Below, one piece after another: positions 28,337-39,432 of a DNA stretch of 64,000 nt. Source of the DNA: Ignavibacteria bacterium. GTDB taxonomy: Bacteria; Bacteroidota; Ignavibacteria; UBA10030; SZUA-254. The notes under the pieces are model-generated. The model made no database searches. It was given only the letters and a program-made list of their open reading frames with translations, and had not been told where the DNA came from. A program made the translations under genes and the position numbers. Each line of letters starts with the position of its first letter. The stretch's first letter is position 1. The stretch spans positions 3,898 to 67,897 of the forward strand of contig JACOSX010000129.1 of NCBI GenBank assembly GCA_016178625.1. Reading direction: 5' to 3'.

Positions 28337-30352
28337 ATGCCTTTTACCTTAGTTTCAGATTTCAAACCCAGCGGCGATCAGCCTCAGGCAATCAAGGAAT
28401 TGACCGAGGGAATTCTTCGCGGGGATAAGTTCCAGACACTCCTCGGCGTTACTGGGAGCGGGAAGACGTTCACTGTTTCCAACCTGATCGAGAATGTGAA
28501 CAAGCCAACGCTCGTCATGTCGCATAATAAAACTTTGGCGGCACAGTTGTACGGCGAGTTCAAGCAGTTCTTTCCAAAGAACCGCGTTGAGTTCTTCATT
28601 TCGTACTACGACTATTATCAGCCGGAAGCGTACGTCCCAGCTTCCGATACCTACATCCAAAAGGACGCATCGATCAATGATGAGATCGACCGTCTGCGCT
28701 TACGAGCCACGAGCGCTCTGCTTAGTGGCGACCCGAATGTCATTGTCGTCGCGTCGGTGAGCTGCATCTACGGCATCGGCGCGCCTGATGAGTGGGTCGA
28801 ACAGTTGGTCTCGGTTCGGAAAGGTCAGCGCATCGAGCGTAACAAGCTTCTGCGAAAGTTGATCGACATCCTCTATGTTCGCAACGATTTCGATTTTAAC
28901 CGAGGGACCTTCCGCGTGCGCGGGGATGTGGTGGAGATTATTCCTGCGTATGAGATGGAAAAGGCTCTTCGCATCGAGTTCTTTGGTGATGAGATTGAAA
29001 AGATCTCATACATCCATCCGACGTCAGGTGAATTTCTTTCCGATACCGATTCGGAAGTTATCTACCCCGCGAAACACTTCGTCACCTCCGCCGCTACACT
29101 CGAGCGAGCGATGAAAGGCATCGAACAAGAACTCGAGGAACGGCTCGACTACTTTCGGAAGGTCGGCAAACTGCTTGAAGCTCAACGGCTCGAGCAGCGC
29201 ACTCGGTTCGATATGGAGATGATGAGAGAGATCGGATATTGTGCGGGGATCGAGAATTATTCGCGTCATATTGCGGGACGTCCGCCGGGTTCGCGTCCAT
29301 ACTGCCTTCTTGATTACTTCCCCAAGGATTTTCTTCTGGTTATGGATGAGTCTCACGTCAGCGTGCCACAGATCGCCGGCATGTGGCATGGAGATCGTTC
29401 GCGGAAGGGGACACTTGTCGAGCACGGGTTTCGGCTTCCATCAGCCCTCGATAATCGTCCGTTGACATTCGAAGAATGGGAAGCAATGGTAAAGCAAGTG
29501 GTCTTCATCAGCGCAACGCCGGGACCCTATGAGTTGGAGAAGTGTAAAGGGGTTGTTGTGGAGCAAATCATCCGACCGACAGGTCTTATTGATCCGCCCG
29601 TGGAAGTCCGTCCCGTGATGCATCAGATCGATGTCTTGATCGCAGAGATCCGCACGCGTGCAGCGCGGCGAGAGCGCGCCCTTGTCACCACCCTCACGAA
29701 ACGCATGGCGGAAGATCTTACAAAATATCTCAGCGATATCAATATTAAAGTGCGATACATCCATTCGGAAATCGATGCGCTGGAGCGTGTGGAAATTTTG
29801 CGTGACCTGAGACTCGGTGAATTCGATGTTCTCGTCGGTGTGAATCTCCTTCGCGAAGGATTAGATCTGCCGGAAGTCTCACTGGTCGCGATCCTCGATG
29901 CGGATAAGGAAGGATTCCTCCGGTCAGATCGCTCACTCATTCAGACTGCGGGTCGAACGGCGCGCAACATCAATGGGAGAGTCATCCTCTATGCCGATAC
30001 CGTCACTGGATCAATGAAACGGATGCTTGATGAAACACGCCGCCGCCGTGAGAAGCAGATTGAGTATAACCGCGAACACAGCATCACTCCGAAAACAATC
30101 TACAAAACGACTGAGGAGGTCTTGGCGAGCACGACCGTCGCGGACGTGAAGATTGCACGTGATGCTCGGCGGGAACATGAGAAGCCGCCGATGATTGCCG
30201 AGTCCGTCGTGAAGTATATGTCGACAGACCAGAGGAAAGATCTGTTGGAGGAATTGCGGACTGAAATGCGCAACGCCGCGAAAGATCTTGAGTTCGAGCG
30301 CGCAGCGGGGCTGCGCGACGAGATTAGTCGGCTGGAAAAGATGGTGAAATAA
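28337..30352 (+). CDS. uvrB: Excinuclease ABC subunit B
   Basis: [39 protein letters not shown] and [12 protein letters not shown] motifs; C-terminal UVR domain. Confidence 0.98.
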   Translation: MPFTLVSDFKPSGDQPQAIKELTEGILRGDKFQTLLGVTGSGKTFTVSNLIENVNKPTLVMSHNKTLAAQLYGEFKQFFPKNRVEFFISYYDYYQPEAYVPASDTYIQKDASINDEIDRLRLRATSALLSGDPNVIVVASVSCIYGIGAPDEWVEQLVSVRKGQRIERNKLLRKLIDILYVRNDFDFNRGTFRVRGDVVEIIPAYEMEKALRIEFFGDEIEKISYIHPTSGEFLSDTDSEVIYPAKHFVTSAATLERAMKGIEQELEERLDYFRKVGKLLEAQRLEQRTRFDMEMMREIGYCAGIENYSRHIAGRPPGSRPYCLLDYFPKDFLLVMDESHVSVPQIAGMWHGDRSRKGTLVEHGFRLPSALDNRPLTFEEWEAMVKQVVFISATPGPYELEKCKGVVVEQIIRPTGLIDPPVEVRPVMHQIDVLIAEIRTRAARRERALVTTLTKRMAEDLTKYLSDINIKVRYIHSEIDALERVEILRDLRLGEFDVLVGVNLLREGLDLPEVSLVAILDADKEGFLRSDRSLIQTAGRTARNINGRVILYADTVTGSMKRMLDETRRRREKQIEYNREHSITPKTIYKTTEEVLASTTVADVKIARDARREHEKPPMIAESVVKYMSTDQRKDLLEELRTEMRNAAKDLEFERAAGLRDEISRLEKMVK

Positions 30353-30434
30353 GTCAAGACGTTTGCGACGGACTTTTTGCCGGAGGCATCTCGTGGGGGG
30401 AAGTGCGTTGCAAGTGAAAGAAGGGAGGAGTTCC

Positions 30435-31145
30435 ATGCTTCAAATGTTCTACCGTAGTGTTCTCAATCCCATTCGGGACTTTATCTATCCTCCAATCTGC
30501 TTCACCTGTAATCAGTTGCTGCAGGATGATGAGATGCGGATCTGCCGCGCTTGCTGGAACAGTTTTGCGAAGATGAATCCATCCCATCCCACGTGGGTTG
30601 AGATCAAAGGCAAATTCGAGGCGGAAGGAGTTGTACAGGATATTCTTTCCTGTTTCCTCTTTGAAAAAGAAGGGAAGCTGCAAGATGTGGTCCACCTCTT
30701 GAAGTATCGGGGCATGAAGTCACTCGGCGAACGATTAGGATTGGAGATCGGGGAGCGAATCGTGTCAGATCCAATCTTCTCGCGGGCAGATTACCTCATT
30801 CCCGTTCCGCTTCACAAACTCAAGCGGCGCGAGCGCGGGTACAATCAGAGCGAACATATCTGCAAGGGGATTGCAACTGTTACGAATATCCCGACCCATA
30901 CTGCGTTAATCAAGCGATTGAAATATACAGAATCGCAGACTCAGCTCAACATTGATCAGCGCAAAGAGAATGTCGGGAATGCGTTTGAGATAAATCCGAA
31001 GTGTCGTCCCAACATCGAAGGCAAGTCATTTATTCTGGTCGACGACGTGATTACGACCGGATCGACAATCAATGCGTGTGCGAGAATCCTTGTGGCGAAC
31101 GGTGCAAGAAATGTCCTCGCCGCGTCTGTTGCTCTTGCCCAATGA
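30435..31145 (+). CDS. ComF-family phosphoribosyltransferase-like protein
   Basis: CxxC...CxxC N-terminus, PVPLH, RGYNQS and LVDDVITTGST; GGAGG SD before ATG 30435. Confidence 0.9.
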   Translation: MLQMFYRSVLNPIRDFIYPPICFTCNQLLQDDEMRICRACWNSFAKMNPSHPTWVEIKGKFEAEGVVQDILSCFLFEKEGKLQDVVHLLKYRGMKSLGERLGLEIGERIVSDPIFSRADYLIPVPLHKLKRRERGYNQSEHICKGIATVTNIPTHTALIKRLKYTESQTQLNIDQRKENVGNAFEINPKCRPNIEGKSFILVDDVITTGSTINACARILVANGARNVLAASVALAQ

Positions 31146-31207
31146 GTTGTTTTTCTCTCCATTTCTTGGTACATTTACACGCCGCATTGGTTATTTTCTT
31201 ATTGTAA

Positions 31208-32254
<1,047 letters not shown>

Positions 32255-32272
32255 CATTTGTCATGTTGGATG

Positions 32273-32309
32273 ACGGCTAACGATGAACGATTCGTTAGCC
32301 GTTTTTGTT
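32273..32309 (+). terminator. Hairpin with U tract between gap and pgk
   Basis: acggctaacga...tcgttagccgt followed by ttttgtt. Confidence 0.65.
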
Positions 32310-32342
32310 ATCACTCATCATCTCTATTGAACGACATTCAGT

Positions 32343-33536
32343 ATGAATAAGCTCACTGTTGACGACATTCGCTTACGAGGGAAACGCGTCCTGGTTCGCG
32401 TCGACTTCAATGTGCCGATGGAGAACAATCGCGTGTCCGATGATACCCGCATCATCGAGTCGTTACCGACTATCAAGAAAATTCTGGGCGACGGGGGACG
32501 AGCAATTCTCATGAGCCATCTCGGTAGACCGAAGGGGAAACGAAATACGGAATTTTCCTTGCAACCGGTCGCCAACCGGCTCTCGGAACTTCTCCACAAG
32601 CCGGTGAAGTTCGCACATGATTGTATTGGTCATGAGGTTAAAACCATCGTTAGCCATCTTCACGATGGTGAATGCCTGATGTTGGAAAACCTCCGCTTCC
32701 ATCCGGGCGAGGAGGAGAACGACCAAGCGTTTTCGAAGGAACTGGCATCGCTCGGCGAAGTGTACGTGAATGACGCCTTTGGCACCGCGCATCGTGCACA
32801 CGCATCCACCGAAGGGATCACACATTACCTGCATCCTTCCGTTGCGGGATACTTGATGAAAAAAGAGCTTGACTATCTCGGGCGCGCGATCAGCAACCCG
32901 GTCCGACCCTATGTGGCGATTCTCGGCGGTGCGAAAATTTCGGGCAAGATCGATGTCATCCAAAATTTGATGAATGTTGTCAATTCCCTGATCATCGGTG
33001 GGGGAATGATGTTTACCTTCTACAAAGCGCGAGGCATGGAGATTGGCAAATCGTTGCTCGAAGAAAATAAAGTTGAGCTGGCTGGGAAGATCTTGCACGA
33101 AGCCAATGCTCGTGGCGTCAAATTGTTGCTTCCGGTTGATTGTGTGATTGCACAGCATTTTGATAATAATGCGCCGTCAAAGGTCGTTCCTGTGACCGAC
33201 ATCCCCGCGGGGTGGCGGGGTCTTGATATTGGTCCGGAATCTGTTAGATTATTTTGTAACGAGTTGCGCAACGCAAAAACCGTTGTGTGGAATGGACCAA
33301 TGGGTGTCTTTGAGATGGAGAATTTCGCTTCAGGTACGGCTGCAATTGCAAAGGAACTTGCAGAACTGACGAAACATGGTACAACGACGATTGTCGGCGG
33401 GGGAGATTCTGCCGCGGCAATGTCCAAACTTGGTCTTGAAAAAGCTGTCTCGCACGTTTCCACTGGCGGTGGAGCGTCACTGGAGTTCCTCGAAGGAAAA
33501 ATACTCCCGGGCCTTGCTGCATTGGGTAAGAAATGA
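32343..33536 (+). CDS. pgk: Phosphoglycerate kinase
   Basis: [35 protein letters not shown] and [11 protein letters not shown] motifs. Confidence 0.98.
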   Translation: MNKLTVDDIRLRGKRVLVRVDFNVPMENNRVSDDTRIIESLPTIKKILGDGGRAILMSHLGRPKGKRNTEFSLQPVANRLSELLHKPVKFAHDCIGHEVKTIVSHLHDGECLMLENLRFHPGEEENDQAFSKELASLGEVYVNDAFGTAHRAHASTEGITHYLHPSVAGYLMKKELDYLGRAISNPVRPYVAILGGAKISGKIDVIQNLMNVVNSLIIGGGMMFTFYKARGMEIGKSLLEENKVELAGKILHEANARGVKLLLPVDCVIAQHFDNNAPSKVVPVTDIPAGWRGLDIGPESVRLFCNELRNAKTVVWNGPMGVFEMENFASGTAAIAKELAELTKHGTTTIVGGGDSAAAMSKLGLEKAVSHVSTGGGASLEFLEGKILPGLAALGKK

Positions 33537-33591
33537 AACGTAACCGTCACCTATTTCGTTTACATAAGTAAGAATATTTTCGACTACACGC

Positions 33592-34494
33592 ATGTCAGCC
33601 TATCGTTACACGAATTCTAGTTACTATCGTCCATCGTTTTTCGGCGGGTTCAGATTTTTTCCACCCGTGATTAAATATTTGTTGATCTCGAATGTCGGGA
33701 TCTTTTTCCTCGCCGACCTTTTCAGCCGGTTTACGGTAAATGGAGTTACGATTGCTCCTATCGTCGAAAAGATGCTCTTTCTTTTTCCGCTGGGGAGAGG
33801 ATTTGAAATCTGGCAGCTCGTGACGTACATGTTCATGCATGGCGGCTTCATGCACCTGCTCTTCAACATGTTCGCGCTCTGGATGTTCTGGATGGAGTTG
33901 GAGAACACGTGGGGTTCGCGAAAGTTTTTCACATATTATATGATGTGCGGACTCGGAGCTGGCTTGTCCAACCTTCTCATCGGACCATTGTTCGGGCCAG
34001 CCGGTCCTACTGTTGGCGCGTCGGGAGCGATCTATGGAGTGCTGATCGCTTTCGGCATGATGTTCCCCGACCGTCCGATCTTCGTGTACTTTCTCCTTCC
34101 GATTCGGGCTCGCTACTTCGTGATGATTTATATCTTACTCGAGCTTTACTCCGGCGTCACCGGCACAACGGATGGCATCGCACACTTTGCGCATCTCGGT
34201 GGTGCCGCAGTTGGGTATTGTTATCTATTGATCGATCAACGACGTTTTCCTCTTCAACAGTTCTTCGCCCGCACCAGAAAAAGGTTTGTCACCTCTGAGC
34301 CCGTTAGCCGTTTCTCCGGATATGAACACAGCAGTATCACTGACGCAAAATATTTTGATCTCAACGACGAAGAGGATCGAATCAACCAGCAACGAGTCGA
34401 TGAGATTCTTGACAAGATCAGCCAATCGGGCTACCAGAGCCTAACAGAAAGCGAAAAGAAAATTCTCTTCGAAGCGAGTAAGAAGCTCAATTGA
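33592..34494 (+). CDS. Rhomboid intramembrane serine protease with a C-terminal helical domain
   Basis: WQLVTYMFMH, HLLFNM, GASGA and AHFAHLGG motifs; C-terminal VDEILDKIS..GY.SLT..EK. Confidence 0.92.
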   Translation: MSAYRYTNSSYYRPSFFGGFRFFPPVIKYLLISNVGIFFLADLFSRFTVNGVTIAPIVEKMLFLFPLGRGFEIWQLVTYMFMHGGFMHLLFNMFALWMFWMELENTWGSRKFFTYYMMCGLGAGLSNLLIGPLFGPAGPTVGASGAIYGVLIAFGMMFPDRPIFVYFLLPIRARYFVMIYILLELYSGVTGTTDGIAHFAHLGGAAVGYCYLLIDQRRFPLQQFFARTRKRFVTSEPVSRFSGYEHSSITDAKYFDLNDEEDRINQQRVDEILDKISQSGYQSLTESEKKILFEASKKLN

Positions 34495-34539
34495 AGGCGC
34501 TTTCTTCTCATGCCCGCTCCCGACCTCTACTACTCCAGA

Positions 34540-34749
34540 GGCTGTCCAAAAAGAAGAGGGTGTCATTCTGAACGAAGTGTCCGAAGTCCCGAAGGTCCGA
34601 AGGACTCCTTCGGAGGATTCCTTCGGAAGACCCCTTCTGGCGAAGCCATCCCTTCGGGAGGGGAAGAATCTGAAATTAAAATTGAAAAGAGAGATTCTTC
34701 GGTCGCTACCCTCCCTCAGAATGACATTGAAGGGGCTTTTTGGACAGCC
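34540..34749. mobile_element. 210-bp MITE/REPIN-like element with nested inverted repeats
   Basis: Perfect 14-bp outer IR ggctgtccaaaaag/ctttttggacagcc; inner IRs tgtcattctga/tcagaatgaca and gaagaatct/agattcttc; internal cttcgg hairpins. Confidence 0.7.
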
Positions 34750-34830
34750 ACATCCAGAGCATGGGTTGCAAGTCAAGAGTAACTTGTCGTATATTATCCT
34801 ACGTGAATAATACATCCCGAATCAGTCTTT

Positions 34831-35973
34831 ATGGACATATCACTTCCCGTTCTTAATAATACCTTAGCTGACGTAAACATCCAACCTGCAAAGCATCCCA
34901 CCTACAAGGTCGGAGTCCGCCATAAGACCAGACAGGTGAACATCGGCGGAATCCTAGTCGGAGGGAATGCACCGATCTCGGTGCAGACGATGACGAAGAC
35001 GAAGACATCGGATATCGAAGGAACCGTCGCGCAGATCAAGCAGGCGGCAGATGGAGGGTGCGATATCGTGCGGGTAACGGTCAATGACAAAGAAGCCGCC
35101 GAAGCAATGGTGGAGATCGTCCGACAGTCTCCGATTCCTGTCGTTGCAGATATTCACTTCAACCATGTGTTTGCATTGAAGGCAATTGAAGCCAATGTCG
35201 CAAAGGTTCGAATTAATCCCGGTAATATCGGCTCCCGAGACCGTATCCAGCAAGTACTAAGTGCGGCAAAAGAAAAACACATCCCGATCCGCATCGGTGT
35301 CAATTCCGGCTCGCTTGAAGAAGACATTTTGGAGAAGCATGGATACCCGACTGCGGAAGCATTGTTCGAAAGCGCGATGCGCCATGTGGGTATCTGTGAA
35401 GATTTCGGCTTCAGAGATATCATCATCTCCGTGAAGTCAACCGACGTGAAGCTGATGATTGAAGCGTACCGACTTGTTGCGCAGCGCACGGATATCCCAC
35501 TCCATCTTGGAGTTACCGAAGCAGGTACCACGAAGATCGGAACAATCAAATCAGCTGTTGGCATCGGAACATTGCTTGCCGAAGGGATCGGTGATACGAT
35601 CAGAGTGTCACTGACGGATGAGCCGGTGAAGGAAGTGGAAGTCGGGAAAGAAATTCTCCGGTCACTCAGTCTGGCTTCGCGCAACATCGAGTTGATTGCA
35701 TGCCCCACGTGCGGCAGGCTTGAAGTCGACCTCTTCGGTATCATGGCACAGCTCGAAGAGAAACTCGATGGCGTGAAGAAGCCGATAAAGATCGCCGTGC
35801 TTGGCTGCGTGGTGAACGGACCCGGCGAAGCGAGCGAAGCTGATATCGGCATTGCTGCGGGAAAAGGTGTCGCGATCCTCTATCGCAAAGGTGAGGTCGT
35901 AAAACGCGTGAAAGAGGAGGAAATTGTCCAAACGATCCTTGAAGAGGTGGAGAAGTTTCAGCCGCAGACGTAA
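34831..35973 (+). CDS. ispG: HMBPP synthase
   Basis: PISVQTMT, ADIHF, RINPGN, RIGVNSGSL, HLGVTEAG, GDTIRVSL, CPTCGR and GCVVNGPGE motifs. Confidence 0.97.
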   Translation: MDISLPVLNNTLADVNIQPAKHPTYKVGVRHKTRQVNIGGILVGGNAPISVQTMTKTKTSDIEGTVAQIKQAADGGCDIVRVTVNDKEAAEAMVEIVRQSPIPVVADIHFNHVFALKAIEANVAKVRINPGNIGSRDRIQQVLSAAKEKHIPIRIGVNSGSLEEDILEKHGYPTAEALFESAMRHVGICEDFGFRDIIISVKSTDVKLMIEAYRLVAQRTDIPLHLGVTEAGTTKIGTIKSAVGIGTLLAEGIGDTIRVSLTDEPVKEVEVGKEILRSLSLASRNIELIACPTCGRLEVDLFGIMAQLEEKLDGVKKPIKIAVLGCVVNGPGEASEADIGIAAGKGVAILYRKGEVVKRVKEEEIVQTILEEVEKFQPQT

Positions 35974-36032
35974 TGTGATTCAGGTTTTAGGTGTAGATCG
36001 AGTGTATATGCGAGGCGAAAACATTTTCCATT

Positions 36033-36070
36033 AACCTACTAACCCATCAACCCATCAACCCATCAACCAT
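36033..36070. repeat. 8-bp tandem repeat (AACCCATC)n
   Basis: aacctact aacccatc aacccatc aacccatc aaccat, directly before the SD of the peroxidase gene. Confidence 0.85.
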
Positions 36071-36082
36071 TGAGAGGTACAC

Positions 36083-36685
36083 ATGAAATCTTTCCATGTA
36101 CAAAGCGCAATGTATCTCGTCGTTGTGCTCTTTGGAGTTGCCCTTTCCTCTGCTCAAACCAAGAAAACTGAAATGTCGAATTCTGCAATGCGAAAAACAT
36201 CCGTTCTTGATTTCACGATGACGACGATCGACGGGAAGCCCAAGCCTCTCTCGGAATACAAAGGGAGAGTTCTGATGATCATCAACACTGCATCGGAGTG
36301 TGGGTACACACCGCAATACGAAACGCTCCAAAAACTCTACCAGGCGTACAAAGACAAGGGCTTTGAGATCCTGGCGTTTCCGGCAAACAATTTCGGTGAA
36401 CAAGAGCCGGGCACAAACACCGAGATCAAGAAATTTTGCACGACGAAGTATCACACGACCTTCGATCTCTTCGAGAAGATTAGCGTGAAGGGCAAAGACC
36501 AGCATCCTCTCTACAAATACATCACGCAGGATTCACCGTTTCCCGGCGATGTGAAATGGAACTTCCAGAAATACTTCGTCGATCGATCCGGGAAGATTGT
36601 TGCGCGATTCATGTCTGCTGTCGATCCGATGTCCGATGAGATTCGTAAGGAAGTTGAGAATCTGCTCGCGGCGAGGCAAAAGTAA
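36083..36685 (+). CDS. Glutathione peroxidase family protein (Cys type), exported
   Basis: Signal peptide; INTASECGYTPQY, LAFPANNFGEQEPG and VKWNFQKY motifs. Confidence 0.93.
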   Translation: MKSFHVQSAMYLVVVLFGVALSSAQTKKTEMSNSAMRKTSVLDFTMTTIDGKPKPLSEYKGRVLMIINTASECGYTPQYETLQKLYQAYKDKGFEILAFPANNFGEQEPGTNTEIKKFCTTKYHTTFDLFEKISVKGKDQHPLYKYITQDSPFPGDVKWNFQKYFVDRSGKIVARFMSAVDPMSDEIRKEVENLLAARQK

Positions 36686-36751
36686 TCCTTGGTGTTAGGT
36701 GAAATGCCCAACGTCACTGGGGAAATTCCATCAAGATCAAGGACAATTTGA

Positions 36752-37426
36752 GTGCGACGTTTTCCTCATTCCATAACATTGCTTGCTAGCTTTTTCTTGG
36801 TGGCTCAGAATTCTGCTCACTCTCAGGTTCCAGTTCGACTCGGAATTGATGCTGGAATAAACTTTGCCAATCAATCCCTTTCCTGGGGCGATGGTTACCC
36901 GCAATCGTACCGGTTCGGGTTGATCATCGGTGGCTTGGCAGAGATCGGTATTTCCGATCTCCTCTATGTTCAGGCTGAGCCGAGATATATTCAAGGGGGT
37001 ACCAATATTCAGGGCACTTACAATGTTTCCACCCCCGAGGGCCAGGTTACGATGGAAGTGGATTACAAGCTGGCATGTTTGGAAGTTCCCCTGCTCCTTA
37101 AAGCAAAGCTTGGGACGGCTGATTTCAAACCAGTTGCATTCATTGGGCCGAATGTTGGATTTCTTCTTTCTGCTATTTATCAATCGAAGGATCATGAGAT
37201 TCAAGGCTTGGATACACGCCACGGGCTGGACATCAAGGACCGTTACAAATCTGTCAATGTTTCTCTTGATGTGGGTGGCGGCGTTGAGTACCGGATTTCC
37301 AAGACTATCTCCCTGACCGGGAACGCCCGATACTCACTCGGACTGAATAATATCAGTACTTCGTCCGAATACACAACCAAGTTAAATGGTATTCAGATTA
37401 CCTTGGGAACTCTATTTAATCTATGA
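36752..37426 (+). CDS. Outer-membrane beta-barrel (porin/PorT-like) protein
   Basis: Signal peptide, amphipathic beta strands, LEVPLLLK, RYSLGL and an aromatic C-terminal strand. Confidence 0.75.
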   Translation: MRRFPHSITLLASFFLVAQNSAHSQVPVRLGIDAGINFANQSLSWGDGYPQSYRFGLIIGGLAEIGISDLLYVQAEPRYIQGGTNIQGTYNVSTPEGQVTMEVDYKLACLEVPLLLKAKLGTADFKPVAFIGPNVGFLLSAIYQSKDHEIQGLDTRHGLDIKDRYKSVNVSLDVGGGVEYRISKTISLTGNARYSLGLNNISTSSEYTTKLNGIQITLGTLFNL

Positions 37427-37732
37427 AACAAATGGGACCTTCGGCTAACAGACACAAAAATGTAAAATGTCTACGACTCAAAGAGTCGATAGACTCGTTG
37501 AGAACCGTTGCTTCGCTCGCGAGAAATTTCTCAAAGATCTGTAGATCAATTATCGACTAGAAAGCTCATGGTACTAAGATGAGGTTCATCGCTAAAATGC
37601 GAGTGTCCCTTTACTGCGTGTACGCGTCCGGCAGAAAAGCGAAGTCCCCACTCTTAGCAAGATAGGCGAACCTTTGAGGTGCATTAATACTGTAGTTATT
37701 TGCAATTTCCCCAAAGCAGAAAGGTCACGACA

Positions 37733-38680
37733 ATGAAACCACAAGCAATCGTCTTCGCTCTGGCTGTTGCTATGCTTGCATGGAGTGGCAACAAAGAATC
37801 AATCGACTACTCTCAGACTGTCAATTCAATTCTTGGAGATATCAGCTTCATCAAGAAGTTTGGACATCTGCCCGATGCCTCAACCAACGAGAATCTGCGC
37901 ATAAGAAACCACCTTGAATACGTCGAGAACCTCTTACGACACAGGGACTGTAGCAATTTGACGAACGAGCTTCAACAAAGGAGACATCAGTTGCTGGATA
38001 TGTTGCATCAGTACTGGACTTCGAATGTCTTCCCACGCAATTACGACTACAGTGACCAGCGGGTGCCGTGTTTTATCGACAAGGATGGGAGAATCTGTGC
38101 CGTTGGATACCTCATTGAGCGATCGGTCGGTCGAAGCGCTGCGGAAAGGGTCAACAGCAAATATAAATACGAGAAGATCCTGGCAATGAACGATGACGCC
38201 GTTCGTAGCTGGATTGCAACGACCGGTCTATCGACAGAAGAGTGTGCATGGATACAGCCAACGTACGGTTACGTGAATCCAAAAGACTATAATTACATTA
38301 CACCCGCGTACGGTATTTCTTCTTCAATTCTTGGCGCAACGAATCTCTCGCTGAGCACGGTGAATGTCATTCAAATGGTACAAGGGTCAAAGAAGAAGGC
38401 AGTCCCCATCATAGGACTTGTGACCGGTGCCGGCCAGATAATGCTTGGTGCAAGTATGATGCCCGAAGAAACACGAGTAAACGGTTACCCAACCAACGAA
38501 AGTCAAAAGGTTCTTTCTATTGTAAACATCGGCTTGGGGATCACAACAATGATCTTGAGTACTTGGAACCTCGTGGCAACTCCTGAATATGATGACAAGA
38601 ACATAGGCTGGAATATCCATGGTTTTCCGACACCGAATGGCAATGTAGGACTGGCCTTCTCTCTGAGTCGAAGATTTTAA
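37733..38680 (+). CDS. Hypothetical exported or membrane protein
   Basis: 315-aa ORF with a hydrophobic leader, an FPRN...PCFIDKDGRICAVGYL core, three C-terminal hydrophobic segments and a terminal F. Confidence 0.7.
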   Translation: MKPQAIVFALAVAMLAWSGNKESIDYSQTVNSILGDISFIKKFGHLPDASTNENLRIRNHLEYVENLLRHRDCSNLTNELQQRRHQLLDMLHQYWTSNVFPRNYDYSDQRVPCFIDKDGRICAVGYLIERSVGRSAAERVNSKYKYEKILAMNDDAVRSWIATTGLSTEECAWIQPTYGYVNPKDYNYITPAYGISSSILGATNLSLSTVNVIQMVQGSKKKAVPIIGLVTGAGQIMLGASMMPEETRVNGYPTNESQKVLSIVNIGLGITTMILSTWNLVATPEYDDKNIGWNIHGFPTPNGNVGLAFSLSRRF

Positions 38681-38722
38681 ATGCGATTAAATTGTTTTGT
38701 CAAACGCTATGCGAACAAACAC

Positions 38723-38757
38723 AAAAGCCCGAGCATGTGCCCGGGCTTCTTTCTTTC
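38723..38757. terminator. Bidirectional terminator between convergent genes
   Basis: aaaagcccgagca-tg-tgcccgggcttctttcttt, with an A run on the left and a T-rich run on the right. Confidence 0.7.
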
Positions 38758-38758
38758 C

Positions 38759-38794
38759 TAACCTTGCGAAGGTTCTGAAACCTTCGCAAGGTTC
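38759..38794. repeat. REP palindrome, copy downstream of the RAYT
   Basis: t-aaccttgcgaaggtt-ctga-aaccttcgcaaggtt-c; perfect 15-bp arms; identical to 39397-39432. Confidence 0.92.
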
Positions 38795-38814
38795 CAGCAA
38801 AGCTCCAGCAAAGT

Positions 38815-39378
38815 TTACTCTTCGTCAAGATATACTGTAAGTATTTGCTGTTCAAGTTCATGCTGATATTCTGCAAGGAATGACTGGTACTGCAAGCCGT
38901 CTTGAAAATACCAACTTCTCAATTCATTCCCGTCCTGAGAAGCGAAATCGGTCTTAATCCAATCTGCGCAGTCTGAATAAGCCCAATCCTCTGCGCGTTT
39001 GACAAGTCTCGCGACGACTGGATTGAGGTGGAGATAACGCACAAGCTGGAGCAGATACTGATCCGAATCAACCGGGATACCTTTTGCACGACCCTCGAAA
39101 AGAGTTCCGCTTAGGGAACGTTGTTTGTTGAGCGCCTGAGTGTAAGCATTGAACGTGGTCTGGAGAAATCTTGCAATTGACCCGTTCTCCTCGTGACGTA
39201 CGATGAGATGATAGTGGTTCGGCATGAGACAAAACGCTCCAATGTTCACTCGATATCTCTTGCTATACTTATGCAACAAGTTTATGCAGTAGCGATAATT
39301 GTCGTCTGAAAAGTATATCGGAGATTTGTGGGCGCCGCGGTTGTAAACGTGGTAATATTGATTGGGAATGTATTTCAC
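38815..39378 (-). CDS. REP-associated tyrosine transposase (RAYT, Y1/HUH family)
   Basis: YYHVYNRG, AFCLMPNHYHL (HUH), G.LFEGR and catalytic RYLHLNPV...W.YS; GTG start after a GGAGG SD. Confidence 0.92.
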   Translation of the reverse strand: MKYIPNQYYHVYNRGAHKSPIYFSDDNYRYCINLLHKYSKRYRVNIGAFCLMPNHYHLIVRHEENGSIARFLQTTFNAYTQALNKQRSLSGTLFEGRAKGIPVDSDQYLLQLVRYLHLNPVVARLVKRAEDWAYSDCADWIKTDFASQDGNELRSWYFQDGLQYQSFLAEYQHELEQQILTVYLDEE

Positions 39379-39396
39379 TCTGCCTCCTTGGTAACT

Positions 39397-39432
39397 TAAC
39401 CTTGCGAAGGTTCTGAAACCTTCGCAAGGTTC
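39397..39432. repeat. REP palindrome, copy upstream of the RAYT
   Basis: Identical 36-mer; overlaps the TGA stop of the E1 gene. Confidence 0.92.

Noticed and set aside
33592-34494. Odd substitutions at usually conserved sites (rhomboid MFW for MFG, PepD GCPGW for GYPGW, GatB GGPL for GVPL) as a sign of recoding
   Set aside because: There is no consistent codon pattern. Natural variation or consensus errors are more likely, which also calls for caution on the frameshift and dead-enzyme findings.
34441-34815. Short ORFs over the nested repeat element
   Set aside because: They are translations of palindromic repeat DNA with no SD or protein-like features.
36083-36685. Selenoprotein glutathione peroxidase
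   Set aside because: The active-site codon is TGT (Cys) and there is no in-frame TGA.
36694-37449. Integron cassette around the beta-barrel gene (GTTAGGT before, GGCTAAC after)
   Set aside because: The core sites are not complementary, no full attC hairpin is visible and there is no integrase.
38759-39432. CRISPR repeats (two identical 36-mers)
   Set aside because: Only two copies, about 600 bp apart, enclosing a transposase; no spacers or cas genes.
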